Shown piece by piece: positions 12,666 to 26,418 of a stretch of 64,000 nt of DNA. The notes under the pieces were generated by a model that was given only the letters and a program-made list of their open reading frames with translations, was not told the origin of the DNA and searched no databases. Numbering within the stretch: the stretch's first letter is position 1; the number at the start of each line of letters is the position of its first letter. This stretch comes from Octopus sinensis (Eukaryota), in the NCBI RefSeq assembly GCF_006345805.1, contig NC_042999.1:11160001-11224000 (forward strand), written 5' to 3'. The translations under genes were made by a program, and so were the position numbers.

Positions 12666-13885
12666 ATATATCGCTGAAGAAAATAAAAAAACAACAACCA
12701 TTAGAAGCCACTGGCCAAAAAAGGAAAAATACACAAGAGCATTGTTCTTGTTGAATTGGAAGGGTTTAGGGCAAGGCTTGCTTTTATCTCCTTCTTATCC
12801 TGTCTGTTTCAATATTGTTTTAGAAACGAATTTAAGCCCCCATTAGAATTATTCCTAGAATATGTAGGACTGTCAGTGCTAAAGAATCTGACTCTTTTGT
12901 TTCCGAATATCATTGCTGAATGTGAAAGCAGTAACTAGCTTCAGGTGTCTGCCAGCCATGCAATGAAATTGTCGACGCAACTTTGGAAACAGTTGCAATC
13001 CAATGGCATTTGATAAGCAATAACAATGAAGGGATTCCATTTCACGACTGAAACTTGCTCTGACAAATTCCTTTCTTATATCAGATAAATTTTCCTTTGG
13101 TATCATCATCATTGATTTCTTTTTTCACCATTCTTCTATGTTTGCAATGGTCAGATGGAATCTATTGACATAGATTTTCTGCAGCCGGATGCCTTTCCTG
13201 TCACCAACCCTTGTTTCCAAGCAAGGTCATATTTACCCATGACCAGACATATTTCTCATAGAAAACCAGAAACAAACAACACTGCTTCTATGTCAGTGAT
13301 GCTCGTTTACAACTATCATGTGGGCACCCCCCCACACACACTCATCTTTTATACAAAGGGTTTTTTTCAGTTTCTGTCCACCAAATCCACTCACAAAGCT
13401 TTGATTGCCCTGAGGCAATAGTACAAGACACTTGCCACAGAGTGGGATTGAACTCACGGTCACCTGTTCGGAACAAAGCTGCTTAATTACACAGCCATGC
13501 CTGTGCCTAATTAAACCCAGTCATAACAGTTAACAGCATACAATATTTGTTATGATATCGTAATTCTACGGGGTTTTTTCCCCTTCTGATATTATAGTGA
13601 AGGTATGTGGCCAAGGGGTTAGGGGGTTGTAATCACAATCTTAAGATCATGGTTTCAATTCCTAAGCTAGGAAGTGCATTGTGTTCTTGAGAAAAACATT
13701 TCATGTTATGTTGCTCCAGTCTGCTCAGCTGTAAATGGGTTCCAACAGAGGCAGGGAAGTTAACACTGCAAGGGACTGGCATCCTATACTTGGGCAGGAA
13801 TAATCTCAGTAACTTCTATGGCAGCTAGATTAAGCTCTAGCCTTATGATTCCTGGGACTCATTGCAGACCAAAGTGGAATATGGC

Positions 13886-13962
13886 ATGAGTGATATGATG
13901 TATGAGTGATATGATGTATGAGTGATATGATGTATGAGTGATATGATGTATGAGTGATATGA
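13886..13962. repeat. 16-bp minisatellite (ATGAGTGATATGATGT) x about 4.8
   Basis: Units start at 13886, 13902, 13918, 13934 and 13950. Confidence 0.9.
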
Positions 13963-14598
13963 CATATGAATGATAAGGGTGATATGATGAGTTATAATTT
14001 TATCACAAATAGATGTTGTTCTCTCCAATTTGAGAAGGAAGAGCATAAAAATAACCTCATAAATATTGTTAAAAACAAAAGAACAAAAACAAGATTTGTT
14101 TCTAAACGATATTTTTTCTTCTATCTATTTATTTCATCAAACCATATTATCATTAAGAACGGTGCCGCTTGCTTATAAATATCAAACATCTCAAAACCTT
14201 CAGCAGTTACCATGGCTCTTACGATAGCAGCCAAACTCTCTAGAAATATTCTCCATCACAGTTTATTTATCCTTTTATTTATTATTTATAGCTGTGGATG
14301 TGAGAATCCTGTAAGAGGCGAGTAAGACTGGCAGACTGCAGTCTGGAACCAACACACACACACACAAAAAGAACAAAAAATTATCTTAAATAAAAAGAAA
14401 TCTATTTGGTCTTAAATGAGAGAAAAAGTCAGAAGATCAGAGCAGGAAATTTCAAAAAACAAAACAGCAAAAAACAAAACAACCCCCACCAAAAAAATGA
14501 CCTTTTCTGGTTTTATTTATCATTAGGATATGCAGGGTAAACAAATATTCTTAAAATGGAATGAGTTACACAAACAATAAAAACCTTCTGATGTTTGA

Positions 14599-14662
<64 letters not shown>

Positions 14663-14744
14663 ACAAACACACACACATCTTGAGTGTACAGTTAAATGTA
14701 CAACTATTACTGTATGAGTTAGAGCTCCAAGTAGATTATCATGT

Positions 14745-14784
14745 GTACTATTGTACTATTGTACTATTGTACTATTGTACTATT
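14745..14784. repeat. 8-bp tandem repeat (GTACTATT)x5
   Basis: Direct reading. Confidence 0.9.
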
Positions 14785-15262
14785 GCCCCAGGGCAATCTT
14801 TCTCTCTCTGTCTCTCTCTCTCTCTTTCTCACTGGGTAACCATGTACCTCCTTTATAGCAAGACAACTATTTCTGCCTCGCTATTTCTCTCTCACACTCT
14901 AACCTTTCATCACCTGACACTGGATCACCCCCCCCCCGCTCTAATGCCCCCTCTGTTGTGGCAAGACACCTGCTTCTGTCTCTCTGTCACACCCTAACCT
15001 TTCATCCCCAGACACAAGTCCCCCTCCTCATATGCCCCCTGCCCCTCTCATAATTCCTTGTCTTGTGAGTTACTTGGTGACCCTGCCAGTATTGGTGCCA
15101 CATTAAAATCATCCAGCCCACACTGTAATGTGGTTGGCGTTTGTAAGGGCATCCAGCTGTAGATCAGGTTGGAGCCTGGTGCAGTCTTCTGACTCATCAG
15201 TCCTCAGTCAAACCGTCCAACCCATACCAGCATGGAAAGTGAACGTTAAACAATGATGATGA

Positions 15263-15313
<51 letters not shown>

Positions 15314-15344
15314 ATAATATATATATATAATATATATATATAAT

Positions 15345-16305
15345 AATAATAAATATTAGGGAATAAATCCAAATTTACAGGGAAAAAATCAGATTTAGGA
15401 TTAAATCGATTTTATAGTAAAATATTATAAAATATTATTAGAGACAAAACCACTATTTTGCAAAACAAACAAGGAAAGACTTAATTTCTAGAAGGAATAG
15501 AATATCTTTCAAAGATGAATCCCAAAACAGCGGTTCTATCTTACCTGTAAAAACCATAATTACGAAATTGAGGTATTACACTCAATATACAAAATTATCA
15601 ATATTATATAAATAATAAATATTAGGGAATAAATCCAAATTTACAGGGAAAAAATCAGATTTAGGATTAAATCGATTTTATAGTAAAATATTATAAAATA
15701 TTATTAGAGACAAAACCACTATTTTGCAAAACAAACAAGGAAAGACTTAATTTCTAGAAGGAATAGGAATATCTTTCAAAGATGAATCCCAAAACAGCGG
15801 TTCTATCTTACCTGTAAAAACCATAATTACGAAATTGAGGTATTACACTCAATATACAAAATTATCAATATTATATAAATAATAAATATTAGGGAATAAA
15901 TCCAAATTACAGGGAAAAAATCAGATTTAGGATTAAATCGATTTTATAGTAAAATATTATAAAATATTATTAGAGACAAAACCACTATTTTGCAAAACAA
16001 ACAAGGAAAGACTTAATTTCTAGAAGGAATAGGAATATCTTTCAAAGATGAATCCCAAAACAGCGGTTCTATCTTACCTGTAAAAACCATAATTACGAAA
16101 TTGAGGTATTACACTCAATATACAAAATTATCAATATTATATAAATAATAAATATTAGGGAATAAATCCAAATTTACAGGGAAAAAATCAGATTTAGGAT
16201 TAAATCGATTTTATAGTAAAATATTATAAAATATTATTAGAGACAAAACCACTATTTTGCAAAACAAACAAGGAAAGACTTAATTTCTAGAAGGAATAGG
16301 AATAT
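15345..16305. repeat. Tandem array of about 3.6 near-identical 266-267-bp AT-rich units
   Basis: Units start at 15345, 15611, 15878 and 16144 and differ only by single-base indels. Confidence 0.95.
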
Positions 16306-16329
16306 ATTTGACACTGAATTATTGGAAGT

Positions 16330-16372
16330 CCACCTGAAGATTGTCGATCAAGACAAGAAACGATTGTAGTGG
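16330..16372 (+). ncRNA. Minimal type I hammerhead ribozyme
   Basis: Helix I CCAC/GTGG; CTGAAGA 16334-16340; helix II TTGTC-gatcaa-GACAA; GAAA 16357-16360; helix III AC-GATT-GT; GUA triplet ending 16368. All core nucleotides are intact. Confidence 0.8.
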
Positions 16373-16465
16373 CGGTTTTTTTGACTATTTATTAAAATTT
16401 TATGTATTGATTAAGTCTTTCCTTGTTTGTTTTGCAAAATAGTGGTTTTGTCTCTAATAATATTT

Positions 16466-16510
<45 letters not shown>

Positions 16511-17228
16511 ATAGATATATATGGATATATCTATATTCATCATCCTTTAACATGTTTTCCTTGTTGGTATGGGTTGGATAGTGATATATATATGTATATA
16601 TGTATGTGGGGGTGTGTGCAATTTTTACGGCTGGATGCTCTGTACATCACCAACCCTCACCTGTTTCCAATGAAGGTAATATTTCCCTGTGGCCAAACAT
16701 GTTTTCCATATGTCTGCTCCCTTTCCAATTCTCACAGACCCTTTTCAGAAAGTAGGGAAGTTGACAATTTACTCTTCCCCCATATAAAATACTGGTTTAG
16801 CTAATTGGCATGTTTAATTATATACCACTTATTGGCATGTTTAATTATATACCACTGGCCACACTCAGTTATTTCTCTTCACTCATTTTCTTTTAAATTA
16901 TGCAAATTACCTAGACCATAAATGTTTTCTATGCCTTTTCATCTATGTCCCTTGGCCATTAGACATAAGGTTGGACAATTGCTGTGCTGATGATAGCTGT
17001 TGAGGTAGGGACATGTTCTCTTATTCCCAGACAATAATTTTGTCCACTTCCTTAATGGCATCTCGACTTTGGAGAAGTCTTAATTCTTAAGTTTATCTTC
17101 CTTCCTCAAACTGATCTGATCTTTATTGCCATTTGATAATTAAGATACATCTTCCGGAGCAATAATTCTCAACTGGAATCCATATAAAAGTTTGTTGTTA
17201 AAATTTGCCCAATAAATTGTTTATGCTT

Positions 17229-18039
<811 letters not shown>

Positions 18040-19405
18040 AATTCTTAATAATGTTTAATTATCAAAATACAGTAGGATCTTTTTTGTATGCATCTAATGG
18101 CTAGGGAGTTCCAGTTGAGTAAAGTAATCATCAAAGGGGTCCATAGGTGAAAAAATGATTAAGAAACTCTGCTCTAGAACCAAAAATAATTTTGATAAAT
18201 CAAGAATTTAAGCTGTATGGTATTTGATATACCTGTATTTGTCTAGATTAGCCTAAATCTACCTTGACTGAACAGACCTATAATCAAAAACATTCTTGCC
18301 AAGACTGACAATTTTTTCGTTCCCTTCCAGGCATCGTCTACCTGAAATACATTATCCAAGGTGCAATTCTCTTTTCTAAAATAGTCAAATATTATTCGAT
18401 GAGCCTTTGGTTGCTCTTTCTAGCAGGGCAAGCAACCACACATGCAGGACCCCTTGTTGATGAAAAATAAAATAATAATGAAGTAGAATTACTAGTGAGA
18501 GTGAGAAGATGCTTCTGTAACAAATGGCAAAGGATTAAGTTTACGTAATAGATTAAATATTAGAATATAGAATAATTAATTAATAAGTAATATGAAATCA
18601 TCTGATTACAATGTAGATAATCTGGATCCACAAAAAGAGTTTGTAGTTGTTTGGCTGCCAAGAGATTGTTTGATTCGTTAAACAATTGAAACCTAAGCAG
18701 AGTTGGGCAGTTAAGAAGCTTACTTCCCAAATATAAGGTCTCAGGTTCAGTCCCACTGCATGGCACATGGGACAACTGTCTTTTACTATAGCCCTCGGCT
18801 GACCAAAGCTTTGTCAATGGATTTGGTGTGTTATAAATGACATTAACAAGGCCAAGTTTTGAGTGAGTCAATATTTGACTTACTTCCTCGTTATTTTAAT
18901 TGGTAATGAAATGATTGGGATGGAGGATACCTCAACTCTCCCTAAGAGAATGGGAATTTTGGTCTGTTCAGACTGAAGGTTTCCTTATAACAAAGAAAAA
19001 ATTTAAAATATTAAAAACTTTGTTACATCTTTGTTTCCCCAGACCTCAGGTAAATGTAAACATTTACCTTGTCAGAAATACCATATTAGACAGTAAAATA
19101 TGTCTTAAAAATCACCCTGGGGTTTCTCATGCAAAGTGGAGTCTATGTTACATGTTTAATGCTTTCCTGAACAAAAAGTCTAATGTGGAGGTACATACTT
19201 TTCAGAAAAGTCACTTTGTATCATGTTTTGACTGATTATCATTCTCTTCTCTTAACATTCGATACATTTGGTTACTTAATACAACTACTCAATGTGATAT
19301 CAGCAGGCTTTGCTTGCTTGAACTTGGAATGTAATGGATATTACTTCAAGTATCCAAATTCAAATGTGACACCCTTGCACTGGACATTTATAGCAGCTCA
19401 CTCAC

Positions 19406-19535
19406 CTCCCTGTTGTCTACTGTTCTGTTTTTGTGTCTTAATAGTTTCATTTTGTGTGAAAATGCTTTCCGTTTTAGTCAAGCAAACTCCAGCCTTTGAC
19501 AAGGTCAAATAAGATACTTTTACTTTCACTTCAAC
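19406..19535 (-). CDS. Candidate internal exon of an unidentified minus-strand gene (VEVKVKVSYLTLSKAGVCLTKTESIFTQNETIKTQKQNSRQQG)
   Basis: Strong acceptor atttcatcacttctttgtttccag and donor GAG/gtgagt; 130 nt with only one open frame. No homology recognised. Confidence 0.25.
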
Positions 19536-19794
19536 CTGGAAACAAAGAAGTGATGAAATTTTGATGCAAAATCAAAAAATAAACTTTTGCATTAATTTGA
19601 AGTGAAAACTAAATCTTGCCAAGTTCAGCACCAAACAGCAGGTACGAAAGTGAAAATGGTGGGAGGGAATAAAGAGGAAAATAAAAGCCATGAAACATAA
19701 AAGAGAGAAATAAAAAAATAAAAGGGATGATAAATACAAATATACAGATGTCACCTTTAAATTTTGGTGAGTATATATTCTTTTGTTTGTGCAC

Positions 19795-19831
<37 letters not shown>

Positions 19832-19877
19832 GTGTGTGTGTGTGTGTGTGTGTGCAGAGAGAGAGAGAGAGAGAGAG

Positions 19878-20734
19878 AGTCATAACCCAACTAATTAGGG
19901 AGAGAGTAAACTTAGATGAGGTGCAGTTAGGTTTTGTGCCGGGGAGAAGCATCACTGATGCTATATTTCTGGTAAGGCAGCTGCAGGAGAAATACCAAGC
20001 CAAACATAAGCCTCTGTACTTGGCCTTTGTTGACTTGCAGAAAGCCTTTGACAGGGTCTCCCGAGACCTTATCTGGTGATCAATGCAGTAACTAGGGATA
20101 GATGAGTGGTTGGTGAGAGCTGTACAAGCTATGTACAGGGATGCTACCAGTAAGGTGAGGGTTGGCAATGAGTTCAGCAAAGAATTCAGGGTACAAGTAG
20201 GGGTTCACTAAGGATTGGTGCTCAGACCCCTCTTGTTCATCACAGTCCTCCAGGTAATAACAGAGGAATTCAAGACAGACTGCTCCTAGGAGCTCCTCTA
20301 TGCTGATGACTTTGCTCTCAAAGCAGAATCACTATCTGAACTAGAGAAGAAGTTCCAAATATGGAAGCAAAAAAACTTAGCAAAAAAATCAAAGTCTTAG
20401 TAAGTAGGAAGGCAGACAAATCACAAATCCCTTCAAGTAGATGGCCCTGCTTGATCTGTAAAAAAGGCGTAGGTAGAAACTCCATAAGATGCACCCGGTG
20501 TAAGCTTTTGGACACATAAAAGGTGCAGCAATATCAGAGGAAGGTTAAAGGGGAAACTAGCTTTGTATGTGGTAGATGCACAGGTACAATAAATGCTGGA
20601 AATGTGCAGAAAATAGACTCCATCAACTGCTGGGGTGGGGGCAGGCAAGAGGTAGTAGATAGCTTTCGTTATCTTGGTGGCCAAGTTAGTAGTGGATGCT
20701 CCAAAAGCATGTCTGTGAGAATAAGATTAGGCTG
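19878..20734 (+). mobile_element. RTE LINE internal fragment (RT and zinc-finger region), decayed
   Basis: VITQLIRERVNLDEVQLGFVPGRSITDAIFLVRQLQEKY...LAFVDLQKAFDRV; tatgctgatgac (YADD); CGRC motif; several stops. Confidence 0.9.
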
Positions 20735-21134
20735 AGTAGATAGATAGATAGATAGATTCAGTTGAATATGGTACTTAAGTTAAAGGCACCAGAATTTAGT
20801 GTGGTATTATCCATAAAATTCAAAATGGTGTGATTATAATGAACTCCATTTAACTCCATTTTCATGCGACTCCATTTAACTGAACAATGCATTGTTCAGT
20901 TAAATGGAGTCGCATGAAAATGGAGTTAAATGGAGTTCATTATAATCACACCATTTTGAATTTTATGGATAATACCACACTAAATTCTGGTGCCTTTAAC
21001 TTAAGTACCATATTCAACTGAATCTATCTATCTATCTATCTACTCAGCCTAATCTTATTCTCACAGACATGCTTTTGGAGCATCCACTACTAACTTGGCC
21101 ACCAAGATAACGAAAGCTATCTACTACCTCTTGC
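20645..21134. repeat. Perfect 490-bp palindrome with no spacer
   Basis: Centre between 20889 and 20890 (TGAACAATG/CATTGTTCA). The 245-bp arms match on manual comparison, including five AGAT/ATCT units in each. Confidence 0.9.
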
Positions 21135-21212
21135 ATTGTTCAGTTAAATGGAGTTGCATGAAACGATTGTACCGCATTACCTCTGGATATCCTTGTTGCT
21201 TATTTTGATTAT
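20760..21212 (+). mobile_element. Rearranged copy of hammerhead element family H1
   Basis: Shares gaatatggtacttaagttaaaggcaccagaatt... with 2672 and GCATGAAACGATTGTAC...ggatatccttgttgcttattttgattata with 2871-2928. The CTGAAGA half is absent. Confidence 0.7.
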
Positions 21213-22343
21213 ATATCGTCAGTAAATCATAAATCTAAAAGAGGAGCACGCTCTAAGTTATAGATCAATAGAGTATTTAGAGAAAGCTAGCTATGGCCGG
21301 TGGTTCATAGGGTGACCCAGGCTTTCGCATCTATATGCATTGTGCAAGGGAATGCATCAGCCGTGACGAGTCTTTTTTTGAAACAGCTTTCATATTTGAT
21401 ATAACGTCTGTATTTTGGTAAATCATAAACTGAGAATTTCTTCAAAAGAAAGTCGAGACCGAAAGATTACAAAACAATTGTGGTAGTGGTGGTCATGAAG
21501 AGAGATCCCTAGTCCTCACCACTGTCCCCAAAACTACATCATCATCATCATCATCGTTTAACATCCGTTTTCTGCGCTAGCATGGGTAAGACGGTTCGAC
21601 TGGGGTCTGGGAAGCCAGGGGCTGCATCAGGCTCCAGTCTGATCTGGCAATGTTTCTACAGCTGGATGCCCTTCCTAACGCCAACCACTCCGCGAGTGTA
21701 GTGGGTGCTTTTTACGTGCCACCGGCACAGGTGCCAGGGGGGTCCGGCATCGGCCACGATCGGTTGGTGCTTTTAATGTGCCACCGGCACGGAAGCCAGT
21801 CGAGGCAGCGCTTGCATCAGCCATGTTCGGATGGTGCTTTTTATGTGCCACCGGCACAGGTATCACAACTACTATTTCCATTGATATTTATTTCGATGTT
21901 CATGTACTTGACTCAACAGGTCTCCTCAAGCACAGCAGGATGTTCTGGAATCCAAGGTACTTTGAATGGGCTGGGGCTATGCGGAGCTGGTGCAGGAAGC
22001 AGCCCGGATCTTTGCAGTCACAGCATATCTCCAGAGATCTCGGTCCTTCGCCATTGCCTCAGTGAGGCCCAACGCTCTGAGGTCATGCTTGACTACCTTA
22101 TCCCATGTCTTCCTGGGTCTACCTTTCCCCCTGATACCTTCAACTGTTTGGGAGTGGCACTTCTTCACACATCTCTCCTCATCCATCCGCAGTACATGAC
22201 CATACCATCGCAAGCGTCGCTCTTGCACACCACATCTGATGCTTCTTATGTCCAGTATTTCTCTCAGGGTGCTTACACTCTGTCGTGTGTGCACACTGAC
22301 ATTACACATCCAGCGGATCATGCTAGCTTCATTCCTTTCACGT

Positions 22344-23000
22344 CTACGCATGTCCTCTGCATCCACCTCCACTACTAACTTGGTCACCCAGGTAGCGGAA
22401 ACTATCAACTACTTCTAGTTTCTCCCCCTGGAGTGTGATAGAATCTGTTTTCTGAGTATCTGTGGTGTCTATTGTCCCTGTGCATCTGCCGCACATGAAA
22501 GCTATCTTATCAGTTAATTTCCCTTTGATGTTGCTGCACCTCTTATGCGTCCATAGCTTACATTGGGTGCATCTTATGGAGTTTCTACCTACACCTTTCC
22601 TACAGATCGAGCAGGGCCACCTGCCCGAGGGTGTGTGTGCTGAGTTCGCCTTTCTGCTTACTATAACTTTGGTCTTTGCTACATTTACTCTAAGGCCCTT
22701 TGATTCTAACCCTTGCTTCCACACCCGAAATTTCTTTTCTAGTTCCGGTAGTGATTCTGCTATGAGAGCCAGGTCATCAGCATAGAGGAGCTCCCAGGGG
22801 CAACCTGTTTTGAATTCCTCTGTTATTGCCTGGAGGTCTATGATGAATAAAAGGGGACTGAGGGCTGAGCCTTGGTGTACACCTACTTCTACCTGGAATT
22901 CTTCACTATATTCGTTGCCAATCCTAACCTTGCTGACAGCCTCTCTGTATAGAGCCTGTACAGCCCTTATTAGCCATTCGTCAATCTCCAGTTTCCGCAT
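22344..23000 (-). pseudogene. RTE ORF2 fragment: RT core and C4HC3 PHD-type finger
   Basis: GVHQGSALSPLLF, LLYADDL, then CSIC-x10-CTQC-x4-H-x2-C-x14-CGRC. Confidence 0.9.
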
Positions 23001-23079
23001 CGATCACCAGATAAGGGATCAGGGGACCCTGTCAAAGGCTTTCTCCAAGTCCACAAAAGCTATGTAGAGGAGTTTATCT

Positions 23080-24669
23080 TTAGCTAGGTACTTCTCCTGC
23101 AGTTGTTGGACCAGTGGTGCTTCTACCCAGCACAAAACCGAACTGCATCTCATCTAAGCAAATTCTCTCCCTAATGAGATGGGTTATGACCCTCTCTGTG
23201 ACCTTCATCACCTGATCCAACAGTTTAATACCCCTGTAGTTATTTCTATCTAGAGCATCACCCTTACCCTTGTAGCAGTTGACTATGGTGCTGCTACGCC
23301 AGTCATTGGGTATGACTCCATTATGAACTACCTGGTTTACAATGCGGGCGACTAGGCCGTAGCCCACATAGCCAGCTGTTTTAAGCATCTCAGCAGTGAT
23401 TCCTGATGGGCCGGGGGCTTTACCTGGTTTCATATCCTTAATTGCCTTAACTACAAGGGAGCTGTCTATTCGGATAGCTGGTCCCTCTACTGGGTCAACA
23501 TTTGGCAGGCTCTCCTCCTCCCATTCATTCTCCACATTCAGCAGTCTTTCATACTGGCTTCTCCAAGCCACTTTCTTTTCACCAACATTAAAAGCAAGTG
23601 CCCCATCATCCATGCGGACACATTTCTCTCCTATAACATCACTATTTTCTCTCACACACTGTCTGGCAATCCGAAATACCTCAGCTCTTTGGTCCTCACG
23701 TCGCTGGACATTGGCAAACTTCTTCTTTTCTGCTACATCTTTGGCTATGTATACCTGCTGCCCAGCCTCCCTTTTGGCTACCTGGTACAGTTCCCTGCTA
23801 CCCCTATCCCTCCAGGCTTTCCAGGCCTGTTTCTTTGCTCTAATGGCTTTGTCTACTGCACTATTCCACCACCACGTAACTCTAGGTCTGGAAGGGACTT
23901 TGCACCATACACAGACTTGGTCTGTGGCACTCAGCAAGCTGTCCCGTAGAAATTCCCAGCTACCTTCTATGTCCGACGTCTGAAGCTCCTCCTCCCTCTC
24001 ATCAAATTTCTTGATGAGGATGTCCCTAAATCTCTGACCATGTGAAGGATTCTTTAGCTTCCAAATCCTTCTTTTCTGGATTGGTTTGTTTCTTGGAGTC
24101 CTTCTGGCCTCAAGCTTAAAGTCACTGATGATTAGTCTATGCTGAGGGATACATTCTTCACCCGGGAGGGTCTTTGTATTCAAGAGCGACCCTGCATCCC
24201 GCTGTCTGGTGACGATGAAGTCTATTTGGCTAGCGGAGTCTGCTGACTGATAGGTTATAAGGTGGCAGTCAGGCTTCCTGAAGTTAGTGTTGCAGATTAA
24301 AAGGTTACATGCATCACAGAATTCCAGTAGTCTAGTTCCCTCATCATTTCTGGTGCCAATACCATGGCCACCGTGTACCCCAGTGAAGATACCCGATTCC
24401 CGCCCAACATGCCCATTAAAGTCTCCACCCACAAAGATGAGGTTCTTGCCACTAGTCTTTGAGGTAGCCTGTAGAAGGGTATCATAAAAGTGGTTCTTCT
24501 GATCATTTGTTAGTCCTGCTTGTGAGGCATAGGCGGAGATAATCGTAGCTGTGCCACTCTGTAAGACTAACCTGAGCTTAAGCACTCTATCGCAAACCTT
24601 GACAGCCTCTATGATCTTATCCACCCATTTCTCCGCAAGGAGAATGCCTACACCCCCTACACCATCCAT
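23080..24669 (-). pseudogene. RTE ORF2 fragment: endonuclease and start of RT
   Basis: 529-aa ORF in the track. Homology continues upstream past a TAG at the VR(W)RG position. Confidence 0.9.
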
Positions 24670-25111
24670 GTTACCTTGCCAGAAGACTTTATACCTATGT
24701 GGCTTGCCTGTGAGGACCCTAGCTGAAGCACCTCTCTATCTTACCTCTTGTATGCAGCATACATCAACCTGTATTCTCTCAAGCATCTCTACAATCTCAC
24801 TAGACTTACCTTTCAATGTACCAACATTGACAGTGCCAACTCTGAAAACTGGGAAGGAGATGTGGGGAGGAGGGGTGCAATTCAGCGCCTGAAAAGAAGA
24901 GGGTTGTTGTGGTGGTGATCGTTTTTTAGGCCTTTTTCATCTGATCTCTCTTCCGAACTGACAACATTCAAGCATTTAGGCATGTTACGGTTATGGCCCC
25001 TGCCGTACGATCTGCAATCATTAAAATATACACACACAAAGAAATTGCAGTTTTGGGGTTCTTTCATTTCTGGCCCTTTCTCTCTCTCTCCGTATATATG
25101 TGTAATATATA

Positions 25112-25334
25112 TATTTCTTTACTGCCCACAAAGGGCTAAACATAGAGGGGACAAACAAGGACAGACGAAGGGATTAAGTTGATTACATTGACCCCAGTGC
25201 ATAACTGGTACTTAATTTATCAACTCCGAAAGGATGAAAGGCAAAGTCGACCTCGGCGGAATTTGAACTCACAACATAATGGCAGACAAAATACTGCAAA
25301 GCATTTCGCCCGGCGCGCTAACGTTTCTGCCAGT
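25112..25334 (-). mobile_element. tRNA-derived SINE (family S2)
   Basis: Reverse complement of the 12436-12665 family. Confidence 0.85.
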
Positions 25335-25421
25335 TCGACACCTTATGTATATGTAATATATGTGCAACAGACATACACGTGTAGGCATGTTAGTCTTATT
25401 AATGTGTGTGTATGTGTGTTC

Positions 25422-25480
<59 letters not shown>

Positions 25481-25481
25481 C

Positions 25482-25748
25482 CATTCGTGTCCGTTGCCAG
25501 CCTCGCCTGGCCCCCGTGCCGGTGGCACATAAAAGCACCATTCGTTCGTGGCCGTTTGCCAGCTCTGTCTGGCACCTGTGCGGGTGGCACGTAAAAAGCA
25601 CCCACTACACTCACGGAGTGGTTGGCGTTAGGAAGGGCATCCAGCCGTAGAAACACTGCCAGATCTGACTGGGCCTGATGAAGCCTTCCGGCTTCACAGA
25701 CTCCAGTTGAACCGTCCAACCCATGCTAGCATGGAAAACGGACGCTAA

Positions 25749-25780
<32 letters not shown>
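25482..25780 (+). mobile_element. RTE 3' UTR fragment, young subfamily
   Basis: Near-identical to 40150-40473 (shared gtttgccagctctgtctggcacc and gggcctgatgaagcc); GAT tail. Confidence 0.85.
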
Positions 25781-25785
25781 ATATA

Positions 25786-26418
25786 TACGTTTTTGAATTA
25801 ATAAAGAAAGGGAGGGATTTTTTTCCTTTTGAACGGCAGTTTTCAACACAATTTCTAGTTAACTAAAAACACTTTTAAACTTCGTATACTAGTAGAATGT
25901 GTTTATAAAACATCATTTTTTCTTGGCTTTATTGAGAAAATTCTATATGTTGTAACATATTTCGACTTTAATTTCGAGAATTTTCCGTAGCGGTGTCATA
26001 TGAAATTGTCACCCATAATTATAACCCTAGTATCGATCTATTGCCTTTCAATCTATTTTAGGGTTAGGTTTAGAGTTATGGTTAGGGTTAGGGGTGGGGG
26101 AAGGGTATCTTTTTTCTTCGCAAATGTAAATAAACGCAATCTGTTTCTTAAACGAGGGACATATTCATACAGCACGGAATGTTTTCACCCCAAATGGAGG
26201 TCAGCGATTGGTTAAAATTGCCGAAATGCTCGAAATTAAAGTCGAAATATGTTACAACATATAGAATTTTCTCAATAAAGCCAAGAAAAAATGATGTTTT
26301 ATAAACACATTCTACTAGTATACGAAGTTTAAAAGTGTTTTTAGTTAACTAGAAATTGTGTTGAAAACTGCCGTTCAAAAGGAAAAGATCCCTCGCTTTC
26401 TTTATTAATTCAAAAACG

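Larger units (their letters stand above)
21537..24900 (-). mobile_element. Near full-length RTE-clade LINE, inactive
   Basis: APE endonuclease (NVGTL, CCIQEVR, GDFNGHVG, SQIDFI, PQHRL), RT (GFVLG, VDLEKAFD, HQGSALSP, YADD), PHD-type finger, C-terminal RGKGRPRKTW, subrepeated 3' UTR and (GAT)n tail at 21537-21556. One in-frame stop in the EN region and two internal deletions/frameshifts near 23100 and 22370. Confidence 0.95.

Noticed and set aside
13886-16305. Regular tandem repeats (16-bp and 267-bp) as possible CRISPR-like arrays
   Set aside because: No unique spacers, eukaryotic context, no cas genes
21355-21400. GTGACGAGTC...GAAACAGCTTTC, resembling a decayed hammerhead
   Set aside because: Needs several corrections in the core, helix II and helix III; too degenerate to call
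25670-25700. CTGATGA followed by an AGCC/GGCT stem in the RTE tail (also near 40374)
   Set aside because: No GAAA follows; it is a variant of ctggtgcagcc in the RTE 3' UTR
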